DNA of 37,170 nucleotides from Pseudomonadota bacterium. GTDB lineage: Bacteria > Bdellovibrionota > FAC87 > UBA2466. A model generated the notes under the pieces. It had not been told where the DNA came from, made no database searches, and worked only from the letters and a program-made list of their open reading frames with translations. A program made the translations under genes and the position numbers. Location: NCBI GenBank assembly GCA_043718025.1, contig JAYSWN010000060.1, positions 1 through 37,170 of the forward strand, in the 5' to 3' direction. Shown one piece after another: positions 9,522-18,084 of the stretch (positions are counted from its first letter, which is position 1; each line of letters starts with the position of its first letter).

Positions 9522-9983
9522 CTAGGGCTTGCGCTTAAGTCGCGAGTAAATTTTTAAAACCTTTTTTACATAATCCTGCGTTTCGCGGTAAGGCGGTATT
9601 CCTCCGTAACGGGCAACCGCACCTGAGCCCGCGTTATAGGCCGCCAGAGCCAGTTTTAGGTTTCCCCGGTATTGATTGATTAGCTTTCTGAGGCATTCAC
9701 ACGCTCCCATGAGGTGGTTCATGGTGTGAAAGGCTTGCTGAATGCCGCACTCTTCACCGGTGGCCGGCATCACTTGCATTAGGCCCTCGGCGCCCTTTGG
9801 CGAAACGGCCTTTTCCGAATAGTTTGACTCTACCGCGATCAAGGCCTGCACTAGCTTTGGGTCCAAGGCGGCTCGCTTGGCCGCCAGGTGGATTTCGGCC
9901 AATAGGTCGCTACCGTGGGGAAGGGGGCTAGAAAAAGCCACCGGCGCGATGAACAATAGAATTATGAGAAACCATGAATTCAT
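9522..9983 (-). CDS. Lytic transglycosylase (SLT domain)
   Basis: ALIAVES, VSPKGAEGLMQVMPAT, ALAAYNAG, GGIPPYRETQDYV; signal peptide. Confidence 0.93.
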   Translation of the reverse strand: MNSWFLIILLFIAPVAFSSPLPHGSDLLAEIHLAAKRAALDPKLVQALIAVESNYSEKAVSPKGAEGLMQVMPATGEECGIQQAFHTMNHLMGACECLRKLINQYRGNLKLALAAYNAGSGAVARYGGIPPYRETQDYVKKVLKIYSRLKRKP

Positions 9984-10049
9984 TTGGTGCGAAAAACCCC
10001 TCCCTTAGCCACCGACTAGACGGTGGTTAGTAACAACCACTGAATTGCC

Positions 10050-12182
10050 CTAAGCCGCCATCTTATTTGGAGGCGGGCGCTTCTTAGAGAAGTAGTAATT
10101 GGAAAGCCTTCGGTCAATAAGCCTTACGGGGATACAGTTAAGGGCCAGGCCAACCGGGGCCCGCGAGAAGATTTTAGCCGTCTGGATTGATTCTACCACG
10201 TCTTTCGGACGCGTTACCAGCAGCCGCGCCACCACCACGATAAGATCGGCGCTGCTTAACCACTGATGGGCCAGGGTGGAAGCGAAAAGGGGCGGCGTAT
10301 CAATCAGAATCAGGTCGTATTGCTTGCGCAGCTCCTGCATCGCCGGTATTAGCGATTTCACCAAATTGGGAGACACCACTTGGTCAATTCGCTGACCCCG
10401 CGGCATGAAAAAGACGCCGTCTAAAGAGGTTGGTACCACCAGCTCTGCGAACTTTCTAAAATCGGGATTTTGCACCAGGTGGTTCAAGCCGCTGGTTTGA
10501 TCTTCATGAAGTCCGAAAAAGCGGTTTGGATGGTGGGTCAGCAGATCACCATCGATTAGTAGCGTGCGCCGGCTATTGTCGCGGTTAGCGATGGCCAGTA
10601 GGCGAGAGATCGTGCTTTTGCCTTCTCGCGCGTGCGCGGAGGTAACGATGATGATGGGACACTTATTGTCTTTGGTTTCGCGAAGGATACGGTAATTCAT
10701 GATTTTGAGGTACTCGACACCAAAAGCTGGAATGTCTTCTTCACCGTGCACGCTATTGGCGAATGCGGGCACCTTGCCGAGCACCGGTAAGTTGAGGCGA
10801 TTGACTTCTGCTTCGCTATCCAAACGGGGGAGGAGGGCCATCATCAAAATGATGGTCGCAATCAGAGCAAAAAGAGTGAGCGAGAGAGAGCCGTATATTA
10901 CTTTTTGAATTTGGGGCGAAATTTTTGTGGGGTTAGTCGATGGCTCACGCAATCGAAATACTTCGGCATTGCCGGCCGAGAGTTCAAGCTCGGCCTCTTG
11001 CTCTTTGGCGAACAGATTTTTCAATAGGGTTCTTTTATGCGAGAGATCGGCTTTTAGCCGATCGTACTCAAGTTTTTGACTTTGAAATTTGCGGTCTTGT
11101 TTATTTAGAGCGTTCAAAGACTCCTGCAGCCGCTTTTCTTTAATGACGTTGGTACGGTAATCGAGCTCTAAGCCGGCGATCCTTTCGCGGGCGGCCGTTG
11201 CAGAGATTGGCGTGCGAGTAAAGGCCGCCACATCTTGGTCGTTTAACGAAGCTAATTCATTTTGTACCTCGGTTAATTGCGTCTGCAGATCTTCCATCCG
11301 CTGTTCCCGATCGGGGTTTAGGGATTGTTCGGTAAGTTTAATTTGATAGCGAAGTTCTGAAACCCGTAGCGTCAGAGAGGCAATCGCTGGTTGCAGGGCA
11401 ACGTGCTCGCCGCGTTTTGCCGAAGAGCCGCGCATTAAAAGTCCCTTCATGGCGCGGTTGGTTTCCATGGTTTCGCGCAGAACAGTTAAATCGGATCGGA
11501 GTTTGATCCTACCCCGCTCTTCCACGTCGGCGATCATAAAATCTATGAACTCAGCATTGCTCTTCTGAAAATCGGCAAAACGATTCTCTTTTTCGTTTAC
11601 CTGCCGAGTTAAAGAGCTGATTTGTCGCGCCAGAAAATCCCGTTTCATCATTGATTCACGTTGGCCAATTTCGGGATAGTACCCCTGAACGGTGTCTAAA
11701 AAGACCAAGCACAAATCGTGGGCGGCTTTGGGATCGTTGGCGGTGCAGTTGAGGTTGAAAATATCGCTATTCTTATCCCAGCCCACCGACACGCGGCCGC
11801 GCAAGGCGTCGACTGAAACTGCCTCCCCACGGTTGAAGTAGGGACTCAAGTGAGCGGGCCGCCCCTCGGTGTTGTAAAAATCGACGAGTTGATTGCGAAA
11901 CCTCTCCATGATCTCTTGGCCGGTCAGTAAGCTGCCCAAATTTTGGCGGCGAGCTCCGTTATTCACCGGCGCCATAACGAAAACTGACTGGTACATGTTG
12001 CGGCGCGAGTTATCGATCAGTACCGAGGCACTTGAGTCGTAAACCGGAGGGGTCTTGCGGTAGTCGTTAAAACCGATGCCGTAGATCACAAGGACTTCTA
12101 GGAGCAATAGCCACCAATGGGTACGCACGTACCCCAGCCCCTTGATAATTAGCTGAAATTCATTGGCGGGTTGGTTAATCAT
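10050..12182 (-). CDS. Wzc-like polysaccharide co-polymerase / BY-kinase fusion
   Basis: N-terminal TM plus PVY.SSASVLI, coiled-coil periplasmic region, second TM, LPVLGKVP, Walker A EGKST, LLIDGDL, ILIDTPP. Confidence 0.85.
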   Translation of the reverse strand: MINQPANEFQLIIKGLGYVRTHWWLLLLEVLVIYGIGFNDYRKTPPVYDSSASVLIDNSRRNMYQSVFVMAPVNNGARRQNLGSLLTGQEIMERFRNQLVDFYNTEGRPAHLSPYFNRGEAVSVDALRGRVSVGWDKNSDIFNLNCTANDPKAAHDLCLVFLDTVQGYYPEIGQRESMMKRDFLARQISSLTRQVNEKENRFADFQKSNAEFIDFMIADVEERGRIKLRSDLTVLRETMETNRAMKGLLMRGSSAKRGEHVALQPAIASLTLRVSELRYQIKLTEQSLNPDREQRMEDLQTQLTEVQNELASLNDQDVAAFTRTPISATAARERIAGLELDYRTNVIKEKRLQESLNALNKQDRKFQSQKLEYDRLKADLSHKRTLLKNLFAKEQEAELELSAGNAEVFRLREPSTNPTKISPQIQKVIYGSLSLTLFALIATIILMMALLPRLDSEAEVNRLNLPVLGKVPAFANSVHGEEDIPAFGVEYLKIMNYRILRETKDNKCPIIIVTSAHAREGKSTISRLLAIANRDNSRRTLLIDGDLLTHHPNRFFGLHEDQTSGLNHLVQNPDFRKFAELVVPTSLDGVFFMPRGQRIDQVVSPNLVKSLIPAMQELRKQYDLILIDTPPLFASTLAHQWLSSADLIVVVARLLVTRPKDVVESIQTAKIFSRAPVGLALNCIPVRLIDRRLSNYYFSKKRPPPNKMAA

Positions 12183-12430
12183 AGTGCGTAAGAATCTTGA
12201 TTCGGCGCTCGGCCTCTCTATAGTTTTCGGTAAAAGACGCCCAAAGCGTTAGCTGCAGCCGAGGGATAACATTTTTACTCTTTGCCCAAGCCGGGTTAGA
12301 AAGGACGTTGAGGAATTTGAAGAAATAGACATATTTGGCCAATATATAGGGGGTCGTAATTGACTCGCACCGCGTAAAAGAGAGTGTCTTTTTGCGGGCC
12401 AATGTATGGGGATGAAAGGATCTGACCACC

Positions 12431-13249
12431 GTGAGTTCCAGCGTGCTGAGTATCTTGGTACCGGTCTACAATGAGGCTAATTCGGTAGCTGCCGTGGTGC
12501 GTCGATTTTACGCTACGACATTTCCTCTGGAGGTCGAATGGATCTTCGTGGACGACTGCTCTACCGACGGCACCCAAAATATCTTAAAGGAGTTGCAGCG
12601 GCAGTACGGCTTTACTTTGAAATGCCACGAACTGAATCGGGGAAAGGGGGCTGCAATCAGTACCGGCATTGCCACGGCTAAAGGCAACTTTATCGTCATT
12701 CAAGACGCTGATTTTGAATACGATCCCCAAGACATCGGAAAGTTGGTCGAGCCGCTGATCGCCGATCGTGCCGACGTTGTGTTTGGCAGTCGGTTCCGCC
12801 ACGGCAGTCCGCAGATTCATCGCACTTATCACTATTTCGTAAATCGATTCTTAACGATGATTAGCAACCTATTGTCGGGTATTTATCTCACCGATATGGA
12901 AACTTGCTACAAAGTCTTTCGGGCCGATTTACTCAAGTCCATGGAGTTGTCGTCACCCCGTTTCGGAGTAGAAATTGAGCTTACTGCCTATGTCGCAAAA
13001 ACTCGCGCCAGGGTTTTTGAGCTGCCGGTCTCCTATTCTCCGCGCACCCGACTACAGGGAAAAAAAATTAGCTGGAAAGACGGCGTCGCGGCCCTATTCC
13101 ATTTGGTGCGGTTTAACCTCGCCATTTCGCTGCAAGAGGCGTTTCGAGACCTGCCGGCAAAGTACCATCCTGAAACTATAGGAATGGTCCAAATACAGAA
13201 CGTTTCGGATGAAAAACGGGCCTCAAATCAGGCCGATTTTCCAAAATAA
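12431..13249 (+). CDS. Glycosyltransferase family 2 (polyprenol-phosphate mannose synthase-like)
   Basis: LSILVPVYNE, VDDCSTDGT, NRGKGAA, IQDADFEYDP, GSRF, TDMETCYK, GKKISWKDG. Confidence 0.93.
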   Translation: MSSSVLSILVPVYNEANSVAAVVRRFYATTFPLEVEWIFVDDCSTDGTQNILKELQRQYGFTLKCHELNRGKGAAISTGIATAKGNFIVIQDADFEYDPQDIGKLVEPLIADRADVVFGSRFRHGSPQIHRTYHYFVNRFLTMISNLLSGIYLTDMETCYKVFRADLLKSMELSSPRFGVEIELTAYVAKTRARVFELPVSYSPRTRLQGKKISWKDGVAALFHLVRFNLAISLQEAFRDLPAKYHPETIGMVQIQNVSDEKRASNQADFPK

Positions 13250-13271
13250 GATCGTCTGCTAGGATGCCACC

Positions 13272-13967
13272 ATGAATAAACTTGTAAACAATGCCACCGA
13301 AGCCGTCGCCGATGTTTTTGACGGTGCGACGCTTGCCATTGGTGGTTTTGGCCTTTGTGGTATTCCGGAGAATTGCATCGCCGCCCTGGTGGCCAAGGGC
13401 GTAAAAAACCTCACTTGCATTTCGAACAATGCCGGAGTCGATGATTTTGGCATTGGCTTAATGTTACAGAAAAAGCAGGTCAAAAAAATGATCTCAAGCT
13501 ACGTCGGGGAAAATAAAATTTTTGAGCAAATGGTGCTATCCGGTGAGTTGGAATTAGAGCTTACTCCCCAGGGCACCTTGGCCGAAAAACTTCGCGCCGG
13601 CGGGGCGGGAATCCCCGCCTTTTTTACGGCAACCGGATATGGCACGCAAATCGCCGCGGGCAAAGAGACCCGAGAGATCAATGGGCGTCACTACGTCTTA
13701 GAGCACTCCTTTTTTGCCGATTTTTCGCTCGTCAAAGCATGGAAGGGCGATACCATGGGAAATCTAATTTTCAGAGGCACGGCCCGCAATTTTAATCCGA
13801 TGGTGGCCACGGCTAGCTACAAAACGATTGCGGAAGTCGAAGAGCTGGTACCGGCCGGAGAGCTGGATCCGGATCAGATTCATGTGCCCGGTATTTACGT
13901 AAAAAAAATATTCCGGGGCACCAACTACCAAAAGCGGATTGAAAAACGAACTACGAGTCAGGGTTAG
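13272..13967 (+). CDS. scoA: 3-oxoacid CoA-transferase subunit A
   Basis: [37 protein letters not shown]. Confidence 0.95.
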   Translation: MNKLVNNATEAVADVFDGATLAIGGFGLCGIPENCIAALVAKGVKNLTCISNNAGVDDFGIGLMLQKKQVKKMISSYVGENKIFEQMVLSGELELELTPQGTLAEKLRAGGAGIPAFFTATGYGTQIAAGKETREINGRHYVLEHSFFADFSLVKAWKGDTMGNLIFRGTARNFNPMVATASYKTIAEVEELVPAGELDPDQIHVPGIYVKKIFRGTNYQKRIEKRTTSQG

Positions 13968-13975
13968 TAATCATT

Positions 13976-14635
13976 ATGGCATTAACTCGAGAACAGATTG
14001 CTCAGCGCATTGCGCTTGAATTAAAAGACGGGCACTACGTTAACTTAGGCATCGGCATTCCTACGCTGGTAGCGAATTATATTCCGAAGGGAATTACGGT
14101 GGTGCTACAGAGTGAAAATGGGTTGCTCGGGGTAGGGCCGTATCCGAAGGAGTCGGAAGTTGACGCCGACTACATCAACGCTGGCAAAGAGACCGTTACC
14201 ACGCTGGCGGGCTCATCCATATTCTCGAGCGCCGACTCTTTCGCCATGATCCGCGGCGGCCATGTTGATCTCACAGTAATGGGCGCGATGGAAGTGGATG
14301 AAAGTGGCAGTATCGCCAACTGGATCATTCCAGGAAAGATGGTTAAGGGAATGGGCGGCGCGATGGATCTGGTTGCTTCTGGCAGTTACTTGATTGTGGC
14401 CATGCAGCACGTTTCTAAAAACGGCGAGAGCAAAATCCTGCCCAAATGCCAACTGCCGTTAACCGGCGTGGGCGTAGTGAAAAAAATTGTAACCGAGCTT
14501 GCGGTAATCGACGTAACTCCGGCGGGGCTGGTGCTGCGTGAACGGGCTCCTGGGGTTACGGTTGAAGAGATAATAACTGCTACCGCCGCTAAATTAACGA
14601 TCCCGGTTAACGTTCCTGAAATTCGCTTTCAATAA
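13976..14635 (+). CDS. scoB: 3-oxoacid CoA-transferase subunit B
   Basis: VNLGIGIPT, catalytic [23 protein letters not shown]. Confidence 0.95.
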   Translation: MALTREQIAQRIALELKDGHYVNLGIGIPTLVANYIPKGITVVLQSENGLLGVGPYPKESEVDADYINAGKETVTTLAGSSIFSSADSFAMIRGGHVDLTVMGAMEVDESGSIANWIIPGKMVKGMGGAMDLVASGSYLIVAMQHVSKNGESKILPKCQLPLTGVGVVKKIVTELAVIDVTPAGLVLRERAPGVTVEEIITATAAKLTIPVNVPEIRFQ

Positions 14636-14658
14636 ACTCACCTATCTTCGGAGCGGCG

Positions 14659-14979
14659 ATGAAACTCAAAGAGTCAGATGTCGTAGAAGAGTTTTTAAGG
14701 GTGGGCGGCCCCGGTGGACAAAACCGAAACAAACGAGAAACCGGCGTGCGCTTAACCCATCTGCCGACCAGTCTCGTGGCTACGGCCACCGAACGGCGAA
14801 TGCAGGGGCAGAACCGAGCCCTGGCCTGGGAACGGCTTGAAGAAAAACTCAGAAAACTATTTGAGAAAAAGAAGCGACGAATTAAGACCAAAGTCTCACG
14901 CGGGGCCAAAGAGAGCCGCCTACGAGAAAAATCTCACCGTAAAAATGTGAAGCAGGACCGCCGAGGATCCGGCGACTAG
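14659..14979 (+). CDS. arfB: ArfB-like ribosome rescue peptidyl-tRNA hydrolase
   Basis: GGPGGQNRNKRETGVRLTH, Q.QNR..A..RL, basic tail RRIKTKVSRGAKESRLREKSHRK. Confidence 0.8.
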   Translation: MKLKESDVVEEFLRVGGPGGQNRNKRETGVRLTHLPTSLVATATERRMQGQNRALAWERLEEKLRKLFEKKKRRIKTKVSRGAKESRLREKSHRKNVKQDRRGSGD

Positions 14980-15449
14980 GGTTTGGCTAAGAGCTTTTCC
15001 ATCTGCAGAATGTGTTCAATCCGGTAAAGCAGAACCCGTTCTTCAATGCCGTCTGAAGGCAACGAAGTCCATCCGGTATAGAAATCGTTAAATTTCTCAA
15101 GTTCCTTAATGATGCGAACTCGGGTCAAGGCGGAGCGATCGTCGCCGGAGAGCTTGGCAAAGTTTAAGCGTACGGCATAGCGGAAGCGCTCGGGCAGTTC
15201 TAGCGGTTCTGGATGCGTAAACATCAAATCGTTGTAAGGGCCGTTGACGATTTCAGACTGAATTTTCCCCGCATCTTTATTGCTCAGTTTTAGAGGGTAA
15301 TCGTTTAGCGCTTTTAATGCGGCAACCCAAACCTCATCAAAACTGCCTGGATAAATCCTGGTGTAATAGGGCTCTGCCCGCGGCACTTGCGAGGCACACC
15401 CCGCCATTAAAAAAGTGAATAGAACGGCCGAGAGCAGAGCGGTTTTCAT
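14976..15449 (-). CDS. Lipoprotein, possibly BamC/NlpB-like fold
   Basis: MKTALL...FLMAGC lipobox; Y..SFDEVW.AALKAL...SNKDAGKIQSE pattern. Confidence 0.65.
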   Translation of the reverse strand: MKTALLSAVLFTFLMAGCASQVPRAEPYYTRIYPGSFDEVWVAALKALNDYPLKLSNKDAGKIQSEIVNGPYNDLMFTHPEPLELPERFRYAVRLNFAKLSGDDRSALTRVRIIKELEKFNDFYTGWTSLPSDGIEERVLLYRIEHILQMEKLLAKP

Positions 15450-15743
15450 TGGTTTGCCTATTATTTCTAAAGTTGGCCGCCGCGGCAACTGCTCAAAAAC
15501 CTAAAAGGCTTTAACCGCGAAATCCCCCCTGAATCCCCCATCAAAAACCCAACTAAAACGATCAGTTTACGCGATGCGATTGCAACCTCATCAGACGACT
15601 TAAAAACGATGAAAAAAAGCCAAAAGCAGACGCGGCGCATGCTTCCGTTTCATGAAGGGGTAACCCACCCCCCCCCTAAACAGTTTGCCAGAAATGGAAA
15701 ATAAGAAAAACGAGAGAGAAAAAGAGAGCCCAAAATGCCTTTT

Positions 15744-15771
15744 ATTAGTTATAATTTTAGTTATACCGAAT
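15744..15771. other. dif-like tyrosine recombinase site (11-6-11)
   Basis: ATTAGTTATAA-TTTTAG-TTATACCGAAT; arms are 9/11 inverted (13/15 including the T4/A4 flanks) with the Xer-type ATAA-N6-TTAT core; directly upstream of a tyrosine recombinase gene. Confidence 0.6.
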
Positions 15772-15828
15772 AAAAATCGGCAATGAACGACTAGTACGGC
15801 AGCACAGCGAAAGCATCGGGGTTTTGGC

Positions 15829-17079
15829 ATGGAGAGGGCGCAAAGGTTCTTCTTTAAAGGGTTGGGCATCGAGAATTTAGTCTTTCGCGTAGCGTTGTAT
15901 TTGACGCGATGGTTAGAGAAGAATTCGTTTCGAAAATTCGACCTTTTGCGACACGAAGGTTTAAAAAGGGGGGGTAGTGAGGTAGTGGCCCCCCTTTTAA
16001 CTTTGCAACCTGAGTCATTTAAAAAAGAAAGCCTGGAAACGCCTTATAGTAAAGGCTCTTCAGCCGACGTGCCGAATCAGTCGTTTGCCGCGTTCCGTCA
16101 AACTCAAAAGAAGTTTTTATTGCCCGGTTGGGCCGAAGAGATTCAACCCTTTTTAGCCAATCAGTTGAGTCGTCACACCCGCGTTGCGTACGAAGCAGAC
16201 CTGCGTCAGTTTTTTCACTTCTTAGAAGGCAAAATACCGGTCGAAAGTCTGGATCTCTTGCGGCCAGAACACGTTATTTTGTTTCGTAAGTATTTGGAGG
16301 AGGGGCGTTTGCACGGTGGTCGGCCTTTGGAGAAGGCCACGATCAATCGTAAGCTCGCCGTGGTAAAGAGCTTCTTAAATTGGTTGTGCGCCAATGATGT
16401 TTTAGAGAAAAATCCGGCCCGCTTGGTGAAGGGCTTTCCGCAGAGCCAAGAGTCTGACCTTAAAGGGTTGTCTGACGAAGAGGCCGCTAAGATTCTTCGC
16501 CTGCCGGATGCCAACAAGGCGTCGGGGGCTCTCCATCTGGCCATTCTGCACGTGCTGTTATATCTGGGTTTGCGCAAGGGCGAGCTGATTAGTCTAAAAA
16601 TGGGAGACTTAGATGAGGAGAGGGGGGTGCCAGTGCTGCGGGTACGGGGAAAAGGGCACAAAGTCCGTATTCTTCCGCTCACCGCAAAAGTGCGAGAGGC
16701 GCTCGAGCACTATTTTTATGCTTGCCGCAGGGATCGCAGCGCCAAAGAAGAGCCGCTGTTTATTCCCACTAGAAACCCCCGCACAAAAACCCTTTTAAAG
16801 AGCTTAAATCCCCACGCCATTACCTATTTGGTGGTGCGCTACGCCCGCAAGGCCGGCGTGCTCAAAAATATTTCGCCGCACTCATGTCGCGCCACCTGCA
16901 TCTCCAATGCGTTGGATAAAAAAGCAACGCATCGCGCGGTGCAGAGCCTGGCGGGCTGGTCAACTCCACTGATGATTCAACGTTACGATAAGCGTCGCGA
17001 AGATCTGAAGCATTCGGCGGCCTTTATTATTGATTATGAAATTGCTGCCGATGCCCCGCCGGAAACGGTCACGGGCTAA
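15829..17079 (+). CDS. Tyrosine recombinase/integrase (Xer-like); true start probably downstream (GTG 15985 or 16069)
   Basis: Core-binding domain HTRVAYEADLRQF...ATINRKLAVVKSFLNWL; catalytic R (GLRKGEL), K (GKGHK), HxxR (HSCR), W (LAGW), Y (QRYD). Confidence 0.92.
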   Translation: MERAQRFFFKGLGIENLVFRVALYLTRWLEKNSFRKFDLLRHEGLKRGGSEVVAPLLTLQPESFKKESLETPYSKGSSADVPNQSFAAFRQTQKKFLLPGWAEEIQPFLANQLSRHTRVAYEADLRQFFHFLEGKIPVESLDLLRPEHVILFRKYLEEGRLHGGRPLEKATINRKLAVVKSFLNWLCANDVLEKNPARLVKGFPQSQESDLKGLSDEEAAKILRLPDANKASGALHLAILHVLLYLGLRKGELISLKMGDLDEERGVPVLRVRGKGHKVRILPLTAKVREALEHYFYACRRDRSAKEEPLFIPTRNPRTKTLLKSLNPHAITYLVVRYARKAGVLKNISPHSCRATCISNALDKKATHRAVQSLAGWSTPLMIQRYDKRREDLKHSAAFIIDYEIAADAPPETVTG

Positions 17080-17153
17080 GGGCCAAACTAATTTTAGAGG
17101 TGGCCCAAAATATTTTACTGCGCGAATACGTCGGTATATCGGATAATAATCAG

Positions 17154-17822
17154 ATGCATAATCCTAATCCTGCCGAGTCTATTCAAGAACGTGCCCGCGC
17201 CATGGCTAAAGCCAAGGCCTCGGGTGAAACTGTGGTTGCTTCGACCATGGACGGTTCTAAGGTTGAAGTGAATCCAGAAAAATGCTGGTTTTGCACCGAG
17301 GCCGACGCCAAGAATGTTGAGTCTCATTTCAAAATACCGATGTACCGCGGAAAATTGGTAGGTCAGGTAAAGAATGAAAAAGGGGTAATGGTCGACCAGT
17401 ATGAATGGAACGCCATAAAATTTCCGGTGCCCCGCTGCAAAGATTGCGAAGGCACCCACCACAGCATGCCTTGGGTGCGCAGCGGCCCTACTTTCGCGGG
17501 CTTCTTGGCTTCTGCCGTCGGCATGTTCTGGGTGTTAAAAGACCACAATGTAAACAAACTGTTGGAAGGCATTTTTAATGGCAAAAATACCGTGGATCTC
17601 ACGCCCATTCTAGAAATGATCACCTTCTGCGTATGCGGCATGTTTTTTTGCATGGCCTTCACGAGTTATCTCGTTACCAAAATTCAGACCGCGGTTCCTG
17701 GCGAACTCTACGCCCGCAACTACCCGGTGCTGCAAAAGCTGATTTCAGATGGCTGGCATTTGGGCAAAAGCCCGGCCTCCACGGCCTCTGCCGCCGCTGA
17801 AGTTACCCGCAAAGTTGCCTAA
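17154..17822 (+). CDS. Hypothetical membrane protein with two CxxC motifs
   Basis: CWFC and CKDC followed by two hydrophobic segments; start uncertain (17100 or 17154). Confidence 0.7.
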   Translation: MHNPNPAESIQERARAMAKAKASGETVVASTMDGSKVEVNPEKCWFCTEADAKNVESHFKIPMYRGKLVGQVKNEKGVMVDQYEWNAIKFPVPRCKDCEGTHHSMPWVRSGPTFAGFLASAVGMFWVLKDHNVNKLLEGIFNGKNTVDLTPILEMITFCVCGMFFCMAFTSYLVTKIQTAVPGELYARNYPVLQKLISDGWHLGKSPASTASAAAEVTRKVA

Positions 17823-18008
17823 GAGAGTGTCTCAAAACCCTATGTAGAGCCGCGTTCCTGTCATTGCCGAGCCTGCGTAGCAGGCGCGGCAACCGTTGGC
17901 TTGCTTGGTTTTGTCGACGTCCCTCTTCACTCATAGTGAAAGGGTTGCTTCAGCCGCACTGCGTGCGCCTTCGCAACGACGGCGAAATACCACTTTTGAG
18001 ACACCCTC
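17823..18008. mobile_element. 186-bp MITE with 15-bp TIRs, TAA target duplication and internal REP-like hairpins
   Basis: TAA|GAGAGTGTCTCAAAA ... TTTTGAGACACCCTC|TAA (14/15 match); no transposase. Confidence 0.8.
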
Positions 18009-18084
18009 TAAGCAAAAAAAAATTAGGCACGCCTCCGTACGACCCTCCAATTACCAAAAGGGGGGGGAGTGCTAGAATGCACAT

